A DNA stretch of 64,000 nt from Botryllus schlosseri (taxonomy: Eukaryota), in contig CM119371.1 of NCBI GenBank assembly GCA_051294905.1, positions 31,436,001 through 31,500,000 on the forward strand. Reading direction: 5' to 3'. The notes beneath the pieces were generated by a model that was not told where the DNA came from, did no database searches, and worked only from the letters and a program-made list of their open reading frames with translations. The position numbers and the translations under genes were made by a program. Each line of letters opens with the position of its first letter. Position 1 is the first letter of the stretch. This document shows positions 1 to 13,800 of this stretch, piece after piece.

Positions 1-1709
1 TTATTGCAGATGTCTGATGTCTGATTTCAAAGACTACTCCAAGTCGTTTCGACGCATTCCTATCTTTTCAGAGTATCGCAGTCTTGTGATGTTTTGAAAG
101 GAAGAAAACATTATTAAATTGATGGTGATATCAAAAACTAGGCCTATATAATAACTTTTTTACATACTTGTAAAAAGTTAGTTTTACATCTACTTGAGTA
201 GAAATTGACACCGTTAAATCTACTTCTACTTGAGTAGAAATTGACGCCATTACCTCTACTTCTACTTGAGTACCTATGGTATGTACTTTGACCACCGCTC
301 ATGGCGTCACATTGGTGATAGTTATGACCAAACAGCAAGGAATACGTCACAGAACAGGCTTTTTTAGCACTAAAATGCAAAATTTTAAATCACAGATTAT
401 AAAAAATCCTGACGTGAGAGAAAAAAGCGACTTCATATTCGTAATCAGCGTACGGAAATTGACTTAATAGTCATCATTTTGGCCAGAAAAGAAAAATGAT
501 GTCGACCAGTGTTATTAATTACGTGCCCTAAATTTTCTAAGACAACACCTCACTCAGTTCTAACGGTAAATATGATTACGTGGGGTCATAGAGGATGAAA
601 TATTTCTTGCAAAATATATATGCATTGAACAATATTAATGACCGATTCAATCATGAATTATAGAAAATTTTCGAGCGATGAGGACGTTTAAACTCACTGT
701 TGATTACCAATATGAAATCTCGAACACGAGTGAAAACGGTCATTCCAACGAGGGATCTGGCGGGCTTCGTCCCCCAGACGTTTGGTCCAACACCCTATGG
801 AGAGGGCCAAGACCAACTTTTTTTGGGGAGATGATGAAGTGTTGTTTAGACCCTGATGCTGTATAACGTTAACCTCTTCGAAGAGATTAATAGTTTAGTA
901 ATTTTATGTTGCGGATCAGCCGCGGTGAGAAGTTTTTCCGTAGTCCATCATGGATTTCGGATTAGTTCTGTCAGCAGTCACTCACTGAATATTATGATTA
1001 CTTTATTAGCGCTATTTGAATGTTCGGTGTTTTGCTTCTGTACAAATAGTCCTGGTCGTGAAATACCATATAATTTCTCTGTGAAGCAGCTGCTATTATT
1101 TTCCATTGACCAAATAAGGTACAAATTAAAACTTGAGAAGTCATTCATTACGCTATGACATTATAACAGCAGGTAGTACTCAAATCCAGAGTTGGACATT
1201 TAATTGTAATTGTAATTGATCTGAATGTGATAATTACATTTATTCATGTAATTGTCATTGTAATTGTAATTTGATATTTTGAGCAAGGAGAAATTGTAAT
1301 TGTAATGTGATTGGAACATGCAAGAAAGTAATTAAAACTAGAATAATGTAATTGATCCAAATCTCATTCGCATATTTATGAAATAGTCTAATGAACTTTC
1401 ATTGACCATGATTTGCAGCAATCAAAGTTAATGACATGTGGAACTGTCAATACGTCAATTCCTGAATAATGTATGAGGTTCGTTCGATCAAATGATAGGC
1501 TCAAATTTTAGATTACAGCCGTAGACTTATTCGTTCGATCAGGTTTGTAATTAAACTAGAGCATGATTATCTAGAATGAGATATCTTGACACAGGCAGTA
1601 CTCTCTACTATATACTTTTAATATACCTTACATAACTATTATGCACAGTCTTATTTATATGTACATTCAATTTGTATTAGGATGTCATATATTCCACATC
1701 CACAATTAC

Positions 1710-1855
1710 CTTTACAAGATGCGTGCACCTTCACTGGCGTTCCTTCGGGCAACATACAAACGCGCGTACGATCATATGGATCCGTCTTGCGACAGAAGCT
1801 AACACTGGAGTTGTACTCGATACTGCTGTTAAAATATTGCTCGTCCGAACCGTCA
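1710..1855 (-). CDS. Gene 2 exon B9
   Basis: 146 nt, DGSDEQYFNSSIEYNSSVSFCRKTDPYDRTRVCMLPEGTPVKVHASCK; phase-1 donor, so the gene continues left of the window. Confidence 0.88.
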
Positions 1856-4800
1856 CTGAACAAGAATTGCACTTTCCGCATGGCACATGTCCGATTTACA
1901 TAGAATGACAGATATGTCTATATTAACAAATTAAAAAAGGTATTCTAAAAAAGGGTAACAATTTACGTACGGACATTGAGGGTACGAGTCACAGAAATAC
2001 CGATTTTGAAGGCATATCGTTCCGTCCAGACATGGAAATTCATCACCTCGACAAGTAGACCCTGAGAACATGAAGGGGAGATGGATCAACATCTCTTTTA
2101 TGGCTGAGATTGTTATAACAGATTGTTATAACAAAACGTAACTTCGACAAAAACACCTATTTCCCCCATCTCACGTTTTTATATTGCTGTAGCCCAGTCG
2201 TTTTTACCATGTCTCTAGCGCTAACAAGAAAAGGTTTGGAAAATTCTAATATATGAAAAAGGTTCACAGATCAGAAGGCATACACACCGAATAAGAACGT
2301 GAAACTCATATTGACACCATCCCTATAGTATATTCGATTTCATATACTATAATAAATAGGTATATCTGCTGTTGTGACCCAAAACAACACTCGTACGTAC
2401 AGTAGGGTTGTTCAAAATTATTATTTTTTTCAAATGTTCCGTGGCAATTTGATAAAATTGTAGGATTGGTTTGAAAAACGTTTCGGCTCAGTTTCAATTA
2501 CTGAATGTGAAGCTCATAGTTGGAATTAAGCCAAACTTGGTGTGCAACGTATTTTAAACCAACCTAACAATTCTATGAAAAAGCCGTGGAAATTTAAAAA
2601 CAAAAACGGTAATCTTTCAACAACCTGACTTACATGCCTAGTAAAGTTGAAAACTGGGTGCAGTGTTCACAGCATGAAAAAATAATCAAATTCAGCGTGA
2701 ACATACATCATCTAAATCACATTCTCAGTTGATTTACTATATAGTCGCACAAACCAATAAAACTGGGCCCAATGCAACTCCACCGTATCGCCAATCATAG
2801 ACGGGGTATGTACAATTTGTACATTGGTCTCGAACCCGATAGATATGAGTCCGTACCCGGCCTTGATTTGATCCCGAGAACAGTACAGAGAACGGCAATT
2901 AGTTGAGTGGTCGTCGGGTGCGATTCAATGTCGAACTATTCCTAATAGTCAAATCGAATTGACCGGAGTTCGACCTCTATCTAATCTTCTTCAGTACAAC
3001 CATATAACAATTTATAACGTATGGCTACGTTATAAATTGATATTCTACCACACTTGAAGCGAACATTTCTGAAAAGGGGCTCTGGACGAAAAACGGTAAA
3101 GACCGCTTTGTTTTGTTCGTTTGTTTTGTGGTATTCATGGTGCTTGTCGACTACTATGGTCATTTACACCAGGCCGATATTCTTCATTTTGATTCCGTAA
3201 CTGCCGACTTGCAGCACGGCCCACTTCGAGGCTTTTTGTAAGCCACAGCTTACGCGGACGAGGTGGCGAGAAGGAACTTAGTTAAACCTCCGACATTTAG
3301 GTATATGAATTCTGAAGTCGACCTCGGTCGGACTCAAACCCGCAATCCATTGGTGTTGCAGCCGCCGATTATACCACTGCGATATCTCGCCACAAGATCC
3401 AATGGTGTCGCCAACAGCGATGTATCTTGTCTATTTACAAGCTCCCAACTTCGGTCTGCGACTATTATCTTCGACTGTCTCTAACTATTTATATAGGCTA
3501 CTTCAGAGTACTTATTTGCTAATGATTTCCGCGTCTACTTAAAGTTGTATTGTTTTTGTAATATCTCCCAGTAGTCGCTGGTTTTATTATCCGACTCGGC
3601 CAAAATACACGAAGTACAAAGTTAATTACGAGATAGCTCTGTACCTTGTACTGATTTACTTCGACATCAAAATGATGGCTTGGATCATCTCTGTTTGCAG
3701 ATAAGTCTATTCATAAGTAGGTATATCCTAGGGGTGTATTGGAGGCTCGGTCTTGGCGTACCGCCATTAGGGGTGGTGATACACACTTTTCCATGAGCAT
3801 GGCAACCGATGTCCTAATTGATAATAATAAAAGAAGCATGCAGTAGGAAACCTTACCTGCACATATCGTGTTTACATGCGGGATGTGACTCAATGGCAGC
3901 ACACAGACGACATGTGACTTATATCTTGTCCCGACTACGATAACATGTTGTTCCCGACTTCGACAGAAAGTGGTTTCATCGCCATAATTTTCTGAGCTGT
4001 TCCTCAGTGGAGGCTCGTCGGATCCATCCCTATAAGAATTCGCGCCCACCATCAATGCTCATTTATAAGAATAATGTAATATGTAACACCCTCATATAAT
4101 ATGACGGATAACTGTGTGATTGCATAGCAATACAAAATGAAAATGCGTTCACAGTTTGCACAGTGATAATTATGTTTTATAAAATGCTGTACGTACAGGC
4201 AATCTGCGCGTCTATTGCAATACACACGTCCTGCAACGCACTGGGATCCATCAGAGCATGGGAATTGGTCGCGTGAACATGATGAACCTAGAATACATAA
4301 ATGACGCATGTATCAGTTACATATTGGAGGCAATTTAATTCTAAAACACATCAACTATATATCAATCGATGCATTTCGAGGCACAATTGCATCGCGTTCG
4401 ATGTGGGTCGTGCCAAAAGGACACTCAATGGATTCATACACATCAGTTTACGCCCACAGCGCGATGCTTACGATTACGCCGTAACTTATTAAAATAGAAG
4501 AGATCACGCCCCACTCCGGAGAGGATGCTGCATGTTGTTAAAATTGGTGATCGGATATAGCCTTTTTCACCTGCTCTAAAGATTCTTAAAATAGTTGACG
4601 GTTACAATTCTCTGCCGGCCAGGAGAACATATGCGGCCACTGATTGTAAATAATAATCCGGTTTGTATGTCAGTATGAGACGTGAGCGATAGTAGAGTGT
4701 CATTACGACTGAGTCCCGTCGTTTTGGGATCGAATAACCACCGTTGAGTAATAAGTCATTTCGAGTCACCGCAAATTTTGACTCGAGTGACTTCATGTAA

Positions 4801-7800
4801 TTTCCAGTTTTCGCAGATATAGTCACGAGTCAAGCAAATCTTCAACATCACTCAAATCAAGAAAATTCATCTGAATATTTCCTACATCGAACCAATATGA
4901 AGTTAACAAATATTTGCGGTTTGTATCGTTTCTATATTGTTCAGATGGTGATACATGTGCATTAGGGCTGTTCAAAAATAGCTTTTTTTCCTGAATCTTG
5001 CTGGTTACGTGATTAAATCGTTAGGTTGCCTTAAAAAACGACGCACACCAAATTTTATTTCATTCCAACCAATAATCGCTGATTTCGTACAGTTTGAAAA
5101 TTTTGAATTTACCCAAAGATGCAAAAAAAAAATTTTTGTCGGATTTTTCTGTTAACCCCATGAAATCGTTGCGCTGTCTTCAAAGACGACGCAAAACAAA
5201 TTTGACTCAATTCCAACCAGTAGAAGCGGAGTTATTCAAGTTTTACGATGATAATTCTTGGATTATCCACCTATCTAGGATAATCCCCGAAATATCGAAG
5301 AAAAACTCGAATAGCTCCGCTTCTACTGGTTGGAATTGAGTCAAATTTGTTTTGCATCGTCTTTGAAGACAGCGCAACGATTTCATGGGGTTAACAGAAA
5401 AATCCGACAAAATTTTTTTTTGGCATCTTTGAGTAAATTCAAAATTTTCAAACTGTACGAAATCAGCGATTATTGGTTGGAATGAAATAAAATTTGGTGT
5501 GCGTCGTTTTTTAAAGCAACCTAACGATTTAATCACGTAACCAGCAAGATTCAGGAAAAAAAGTGTTTTTTGAACAGCCCTAATGTGCATGTTGGCTAGA
5601 CCAATGCTCGTCAGCCGGTTTTATCGTACACTCTCCGGGGCAGGGGTGGGCAAACTACGGCGCGCGTGCCCTCATGTGGCTCGTAACACGGTTTTGTTTG
5701 GCCCGAGAAAGCCTCAAACGTGAAATTTTCTATAAAATGCGTACTAAAAATCAAAATACTGTAGGAACTTGATTAAACTTTTTTTACTATATTCCTTCAT
5801 GACAATGATAAGTTATATTCTTACTATGGTATTTCTTCATTTCATTGATGGCTCGATATTATGACCACGAGGCCCATACATTTTTAAAGTTTTCAATTGC
5901 CAAACATTACAGAAAGTGAAACGTATATGATTTAATTCGGACTACTGGTGTGATTTTAGATTGGCAACACGAGCTGGTTTATTACTTTTAGTGCTGTACT
6001 TGGAAAAACCGATGCGCAAGTGTGTTGGATAGATTCGGTCTTAGTATGTGTAGTACTTGTATTTATATATATATACTGTAGATGCGTATTTAAAATTAGC
6101 ATGGTTATGATGTTTTCAGCATCGCGTGTCCTGGAGTTATGCCAAATCAGCAAATTAATGAACAAATCGCCCCCGACATACTCAAATTTACATCCAATTT
6201 TAAGAATAGGAACAACCGAGTTACATCATCAATCTTGATAATGAGCACGACCAGCATATAAATTCTCGTCCATGTTTCTGACACGTGTACGTTATCATCA
6301 AATCAACATTGGTTTGTTTTAAATATAGAAATACATATATATTATTTCCATGTCGTAGGTCACTATATAATCAAATAGCAAATGGAATTTTGGGTCAGCA
6401 TCTGAATTTCATATGTTGCGACCCGCGAATGAATTCAAATGTTGAATACCTACGGCCCGCGAGCTGAAAAGTTAGCACACCCATGCTCTAGGGCAACATA
6501 CGGCCCACGAAAGGATTTTAAGCGGTCCGTGGAGAGTTTGCGGTCCTCCACGATAATGCGGCCTGCGGCGGAAGAAAGGTTGCCATGAAACTGCTTGTTC
6601 TGTCCGGGTCTACATACATTTGCGAGAAAACATTTTCGACCACGAAAATGGACATATTAAGCTGCATTTTACTCTAACTGACGCGCACGTGCGGTTTTTA
6701 CCAAGGGTTTTACGTCCGACATGCAATCATAGTTCAAAGAACTTGTCGACATTTTTGATCGGCCACAAATCTCATTGAGTTCAAATGCTATTGAAGTATG
6801 TTACGTTAATAAAGTCATTAAATACTGTTTTGCCCTCTATGCTTTCAACTGAAAATTCTCATCATATAAGATTTTATAGGTAGATAAATACACGACCTAT
6901 ACTGTATCAATTTAGGAATCCGGCCCGTCAAGTACTTTATTTTCGTATATCTGGCCCGCCGACTGGAGAAGTTGCCCGCCCCTGCTCTAGAGTCTACCAT
7001 AACCCGAGTGTCCTTGCAATATGAGCCCCACCGCACAAATGAGTAACGCTGAGGAAATGCCAAGTTGGAATCGTATGCGTCTCACGGATCAAGTTTTTTC
7101 CGGTACGTTTTGGCGATTCCAATATATTTTGACAATACCGACAATCCTGATATGAAGTAAAGAAATAACAACATGCAACAAAGTGATTGGTTAAAACGGA
7201 AGTTTTGTTCTCAATATTTTCGAAGACAGGCGTCCCATCATTTTTACCAGTTAATCATATCACGTGGGCTGAGAGTGGATAATATTGAAGAGTAATATGC
7301 TAAACTTTAAATATTATCGATGAAATTCATTCACGAAGTTGAAATTTTTTTGCGCTCCGCGAGACCAGCAAGCAACTCCCAATAATTTTTCATTACATTA
7401 ATACTCGCGATTTGGGTGAATTTATAGAGTAAGCCTGCGTTGGTGTTTTGCATCTACAATTAGAAACTCTTATACGAAAGGTATATCTCATGAAGATAGA
7501 GATGGCACAGAACACCACGAGGACTATCCGCGGTGCAAAGTTCACAGTAGCAAATTTAACACGAATATTTCTCGTCTGGATGGACTGTGGCGATTCTTCA
7601 CTGGAATGCGGCCGTATGTTAAATATGTTGTCGAAATGCGGTCATAAATTAGGCTAAACACATATGGATTAGGCTCACTACGGTGGCTGATGATGATGAT
7701 ATTGGTCACGGGATGAAGTGCATGCAAAAAACTAAAATTATATCATTCGATGTCACCGACGTTTTTGACTGAAATGCGGACGGCAGTTCAGGTAATTCCA

Positions 7801-10800
7801 ACTCTTTTTTTTTTCAACTCTTATTTATTCTTAGATGCCGCTACTGATGGACTCGACCATATCGAGAACCTAAATAACAATTGAATGCAACAAATGAAGA
7901 ATTGGTATTGACGACGGGTTCATTGTCAGTGACTCTCAGATGTTCGGAACGATTTTCTCATTGGTAGACTTGATGCGTTCAGAAATTTTTATTGAAAAAA
8001 GTTGTCTTCGATTCACGAAGCCTTCCATATTTATCATAAGTCGAGACCTAGCCAAGACCAATAATTTTAGAATCGTGACTCGAGTTTAATCAGGTCACTG
8101 AAAAAATGACTCGAGTTAAGTCTTGACTCGAGTAATTCCAAGAAAGCTGTCAGTTCGATCACGGTTGTGTAGCTATATACATCGATATACTTGAAAAAGC
8201 TTCTCATTGATGCAAAAGTTGTTACCATCACAAAGTATTTCGTGTTGCGACACAAGTGTCGACGGTAAAACGCAAAGAAAGGATTCCCCTCGCCCTCGAC
8301 AAAACGTAGTGTCGCGATCATACGATACGTTGGATCTCTTCAGCGGTGGCTCGTCGGATCCATCTCTTAACATTTAGATACAGTGAATGTAAAGGGAGAA
8401 GACTCTTCCGTTCAATACACAATCTATACTTACATGCAATCTGGTTTGCCATCACAGAAAGACGATATTGGAATGCACTTCGCGCCATCAAAGCAGGAAA
8501 ACTCATCTTCTTTGCACGATACACCTGTTAACATAAATGCACCAAAACCATATCATCATATACTATAGTACAGTGCTGGTTCTTAACCTTTTTTCCTCCA
8601 GCGCCCCCTTTCAAAAATTATCATGCTCTAGCGCCCCCCACCCCATATTGTAAGGACTGTAATAAAGACAATGGGTAAGAGGGAGGGCCGTAACAGCACT
8701 TCGTCAGTCCCCCTAAAATAACGATTTTATTGGGTACCCGTAGGGCGATAATCCAAACTTCTTGGGGCTTCGCCCCCAAGAACCCCTTCGCGTGATTTCG
8801 ATTGTCAGCAAAGTTTGTGTGACCTGGTCGCCCTAGGCACCAAAAATTTCTGTAATGCATGAATGAATAGCTGGTAATAGCATGTATAAGTCGCTCTCAA
8901 CATTTTATTCTCTCAGCCTACGTAATCCGATTTACCAGTAGCGATGAGTGAGCTGTTGTCTTGGAAAATGAAGACCAGATAACTATTAATTAAACATATT
9001 CGGGCGTGCTCGTTGGTACAAATTATTTCATTGCATGTTGTTATTTTGTTCCCTCTTGTCCGCTATAAAGTCAAAAGATATTGAGAGGCATAAACGTATT
9101 AAAGTAAAGTAAGCACACGGTTCAAAATTGGTATTTCTTCACTGGCAAATAATTTATCTCTGAGGGATGTTATTTATCCTGTGGGGTGCTGATTGTTACG
9201 ACGTGATAATTCGGCACGAGCGATTTAAGCACCTATGGACTGGACAATTAGACTTATATACAGGGGTCTATAAATGGTACTTAAGTACAATTTAGCAAAA
9301 ATAGCTTATTTTATACTCAACCAGAATTTTAAATTATACTAAATTATACTTTTATGAAAAATGGCTCTTTCCTGGCATAGGAGGGTACCATACTGAGACT
9401 TTTATGTGAAAACAAGCTCGTGTTTTGCGTTATTCCACCTCCCGGTGTTTCAAGTTTAATGATCTAACCAAAAATCACACAAGTTTCTACAGCTCTTGAA
9501 ACTGTTTTGCATGACGGCAGCCTTCGAGCGAGAAATCGGTCAGGCTCTCCCGGTAGTCATTCTTTTCAATTCCGATGGCGAAAAAATCCGCCTCCACTGG
9601 TGCCGTCGTTGGAAACACGGTCGAGAGCGTTCCGCAGAAGTCCTTTAGGGTGAGCAGGTTCATACCCTCGAGGACACCCCAAGCGTCCCTGAAGCTGCTG
9701 TCAGGGTCCTCCTCCTCTAACGTAATGCGGAAATTGTCATGGTCTCTGTAAAAGTCCCGCAGTTGAGCGTGCTCCGTCTCGACATCCTCGAGTTTTTCTT
9801 CGGCCCACCCAGCTGCTCGAAGCCGTCCTGACTGTTCGCGAACCAAGTCAGAGACAGCTGAACGACGGAACTTAACCAGTTCCTTTCGGAGCGTCGGTGG
9901 TATCTCGTTGTTTTTGATGTCCGCGTTGCTTGCCAGGAGATCACAGACGCCATGAAGTAGAGTGCAAACCAGCAGGCTGACTCCCTTTGAACAGTTTTCC
10001 TTGTAGCCGCCAAGATTTCATCAAGTTTTGCCTACAAAAAAGTCCTAAAGTCGAGGATGAATTCCTGAACATTTGTCATGGAAACAGAAACTGTTCAACT
10101 CTGACGTATTCTAATTCACCCTGGAAGCCATCCTCATCACAAAGCTCTGTAGTTACTGAACACAAGTCCTTCAGGTTGTCACACAACTTCATCGGCTTGT
10201 CGTGCTGCTCGGTGACCAGAGTTTTTTTTGCCTTGCAGGGACTTGACCACTTTCAGGACCTCTCCGGCGATTACAAGGACAGGGTGTTTGGTGACAATTT
10301 TGAGCTAGTTAAAAAAATGGGGGGGGGATTCTCGATTTTTCACGAAAATGAGAGATTTTAAATGGAATTTTAACCTACTTATTGCTTGAAATCATGCAAG
10401 ATGATTATATTCCATGAAAGAGCCGGTCTCATACTTTGTAATTCTGCCATAAAAAAGTATGAAACATTTTGACGATCTGGGTGGACCTTCCCCCCTTAAG
10501 AACTGATTCAACCAAGCAACCTATACTGCCGTTATATACACTGCAACAGTATATTCCGGTCTTGTCCAGTTCAGCAGGGATCGTCAGCCTTGCCACGTTA
10601 CAACCTTTAGTTGAGATTATTCACTCACTCACTAGAGTTTAGATTATAGCGAGCGAGAAAGATGAAATTTGGAAGCCTATATTATTTGAGCTGCGATAGA
10701 TCACAAAACAGAAAAAATGAACAAAGGAAGAGGAAAATGAGCTGAGCGTGGAATGAAATGAAGCGGAAATCAATCCCGCCGTGCGAGTAAAGCCACACAC

Positions 10801-13800
10801 ACAGCACTGCGCAGGAAGAACCCCAGTGCAGTGCGGCGTCTGCACCCCGCCGCTGCGGTCTCCCCACCCAACCGCCGGGCAGCACCTGTGGGAGCTATCA
10901 GGGCCCGAACGGAAGCGATAAACCCGCCAATGCGTTCTTACAGACTCCGGTGAACTGACAAACACCGAAAAACGGTAAACAAAAAAATCCTTATTTTATA
11001 CTCGACAGAAATTTTATTTTAAACTAAATTGTACTTTTGAGACCCAAAAGTACAATTTAAAGTGGCCTGCTTATATACATTGAAGTTTACGATCAACGTA
11101 AGGGCAATCTTCTTCGGCTAAGGATTTCTCGCTGACGCTCTTTTTGGCACACTTCTCGGAGTCCCATATTGGCCGAAACTTCATATGTCTTTGTGCATCG
11201 TGGCGTAGCAATGACCGACGCCTAAATGCCTATTTCAATGTTCTATAATTATTAGGGATGTTGTGAACGTGAGGCTCACGTTCGCGTTCTGTGTGTGAAC
11301 CTCGGAAATTTAGAGGTTCGCGTTCACAACAGAACCTTGATAGGTTCTGCACTGTGAACCTTTTTCATATATTACAATTTTCACTTCATTATAACATCTT
11401 TGGTTGAAAATTATTGCATTTCAACTGCGGGCCACTCTTATGCATGGCGCTGGCAGCATTAAAAATCAACACTAAACGAGCATGCGCCTTGACAATCTCA
11501 AAAGTTTTACTTGCTTTGTTGCAAAAGTTTGCTCGAAATATCCAGCTTTCCGTTTATGAATATTTAGAGACTCTCTGCTGTGAGTTTGACCCGCAATCAC
11601 ACAACATCACGAGCGAAATACATAGTCAGCGAATGATGCTTATTCAACCAATCGATGAGATTGATATCGTTTTCTGATGCAAAAAAATCAAGCAGGCGTA
11701 CGGGGTCAATCTTGACTTCATATCTTTACTGCATTATTAAAACCAAATCATTGCGATTGAGGTGTTGTTAATGGGGTAATATCGGTAGCAAGTATATAGA
11801 AACCCGTTTTACATTCAGCTTAATATCAATGTAGCGATACTCAGACGCCGAATACATTGTCCGGTCTGGCCGAGAACGTTAAGGCGTAAGCTTATGTTCC
11901 CTGGTAAGTCCTCATCGAAATTGTTGGCAAAGCGACGGAAGATATTGATTTTATAGGAGTATCATATCCTTTGATTGCCTCAGTTGATACATTTAGCGAC
12001 GTTTAAAACGCCAACATGTACTTCGGCATTGTGGAATGATGTGGCTCGAGTCGTCGCTAGGTATCGTGTACATTAATATAGGCTATCACTTCATTGAAAG
12101 ATAGGGTTGGAATTAGCAATATGACGTCACGTGACGTCATGAGGTTCACGTTCGTGTTCACACAGAACCTTGCAAAAAGGTTCGCGTTCACACGAACCTG
12201 AACCTTTCAGAGGTTCACACCATCCCTAATAATTATGCGTGTTTTATTCGTGGGTGAGTCGTTAAAACATGATATGTAATTTATGTTCCTTCACCGAAAT
12301 AATTTAGGGCACCCTTCGAGCTCACCCCCTCGATTGAGGGTTTGGGTTGCAGCAGTTTCGGTTCTGGTAAGAGGTGAAAGTCCAGTCGATCTTTTCGGGA
12401 CTTAAGTATTGGAAATATTTCGTGATTTTGTCGGGCTCGAGGACCACTCGATTATAATAAATCATATAATATTTGTATGTGGTATATTCAGGGTAAAATC
12501 AAGGTTGTTATAACAACAATAGGGTACGTTCTCATACCCTGTGGTTCGAACCATAGATGTACACATCCCGAATTCACATCTGCGATTGACAATACGGGAA
12601 ATTAATGGTATAGTATAGGCCCTATTTGATTTTGTTTTAGTGGTGTGTGTGACCAAGTGAGTCAACTGCGAGTGGGAAGCATATATCTGCTGACGTTGTA
12701 TTTAGTACTGAGCCCAGTTATTAACTTTATCATGAATGTATTCCAAACAAAGCAAGTCATTTTATATAACGTTCATGTGAGGCTGTGGACCAAAACACTA
12801 CATAGTATCATCCTTTATGATACGATGAAGAAATATTCTGACGATTCAACTTTGTAGCTCTACAATGCAAGTATAATTAGTTATTCCTTTCGTGCACAAA
12901 ACATATTATATGTACAAGGCGCTCTCACTCTCAAAAGTGATATACAGTGCCTCCTTCTTTGATTTCCACACGCTGTGCGCTGCAGGATATAATACATAGT
13001 TCGAAACATTTTGTTGAAAATAGCCCTAGTAAGCGTGACGGTATAGTGTTTTAATGGGAAATAGGCGATCTAAAAGTACGCGCAATTCGTTTTACATGAA
13101 TTATAATAACCCACTACATTTATGAAAACATATGTAGCACACGTCGCCGCGTAGCGCGACCAACAATTTCGAGATTTGACATGTTTTGTGGAATGTTTAT
13201 TTGCTCTGACTACTGATTAAGGATATGTCCTACTACTGCATCATCTACTGCGGAGCCATTTTTCTTCAGCGCCTTCATATCGCCCCCCTGAGCCCAGCGC
13301 CCCCCATTTCGCCCCCTGAGCGTTTCCGCCCTCTTCAAAATCGTCAGCGCTCCTTGGGGGGCGCTGGAGGCAAGGTTAAGGACAACTGCTATAGTATATG
13401 AAAAATGATGCAGGTACTTTTTGATTGTTTAAAGTCCCCAGTGTTATGATAGATTTTTCAGCACTGAATTCATTCACCGTGTCGTAAATGCATATGAAAG
13501 CTTTAGAATGATGCTAACTATTCTGATCCCTCGTCAAACCAAAGGTGGTAGCAGGTCAGTACCGTAGTACTTCTCCTTTTTGGACTACTCATGTAGATTC
13601 CGCGTCTATTCACAGCGTGATGAGGTCGATATGTTTTTAGATTGCTTTCACTCCTACAGTTGCCTTGGAAGGACAGAATTCCAAAATGAACAATAGCTGC
13701 CAAAGATGCTCACGAAAAACTAATCGATGTCAACTTACCGACAGCAAAAAAAGTATTAGTTCAACATTATGAAAGAGTGTTGGAATGCTACATTTCATTT

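Larger units (their letters stand above)
8571..13388. mobile_element. hAT-type MITE hosting nested insertions
   Basis: Termini CAGTGCTGGTTCTTAACC / GGTTAAGGACAACTG; perfect TSD CTATAGTA. Confidence 0.8.

Noticed and set aside
180..300. Direct repeats (CTACTTGAGTAGAAATTGAC) resembling a CRISPR array
   Set aside because: No unique spacers and no cas genes in a eukaryotic context; they match the subterminal repeats of the element at 29884-35069.
5094..5590. Similar ORFs on both strands (PMKSLRCLQRR)
   Set aside because: Artefact of the foldback inverted repeat.
7000..7700. 700-bp homology to ~46340-47070 as evidence of cassette duplication
   Set aside because: The second copy lies inside a TSD-bounded transposon (45538-47128), so a dispersed repeat is the simpler explanation.
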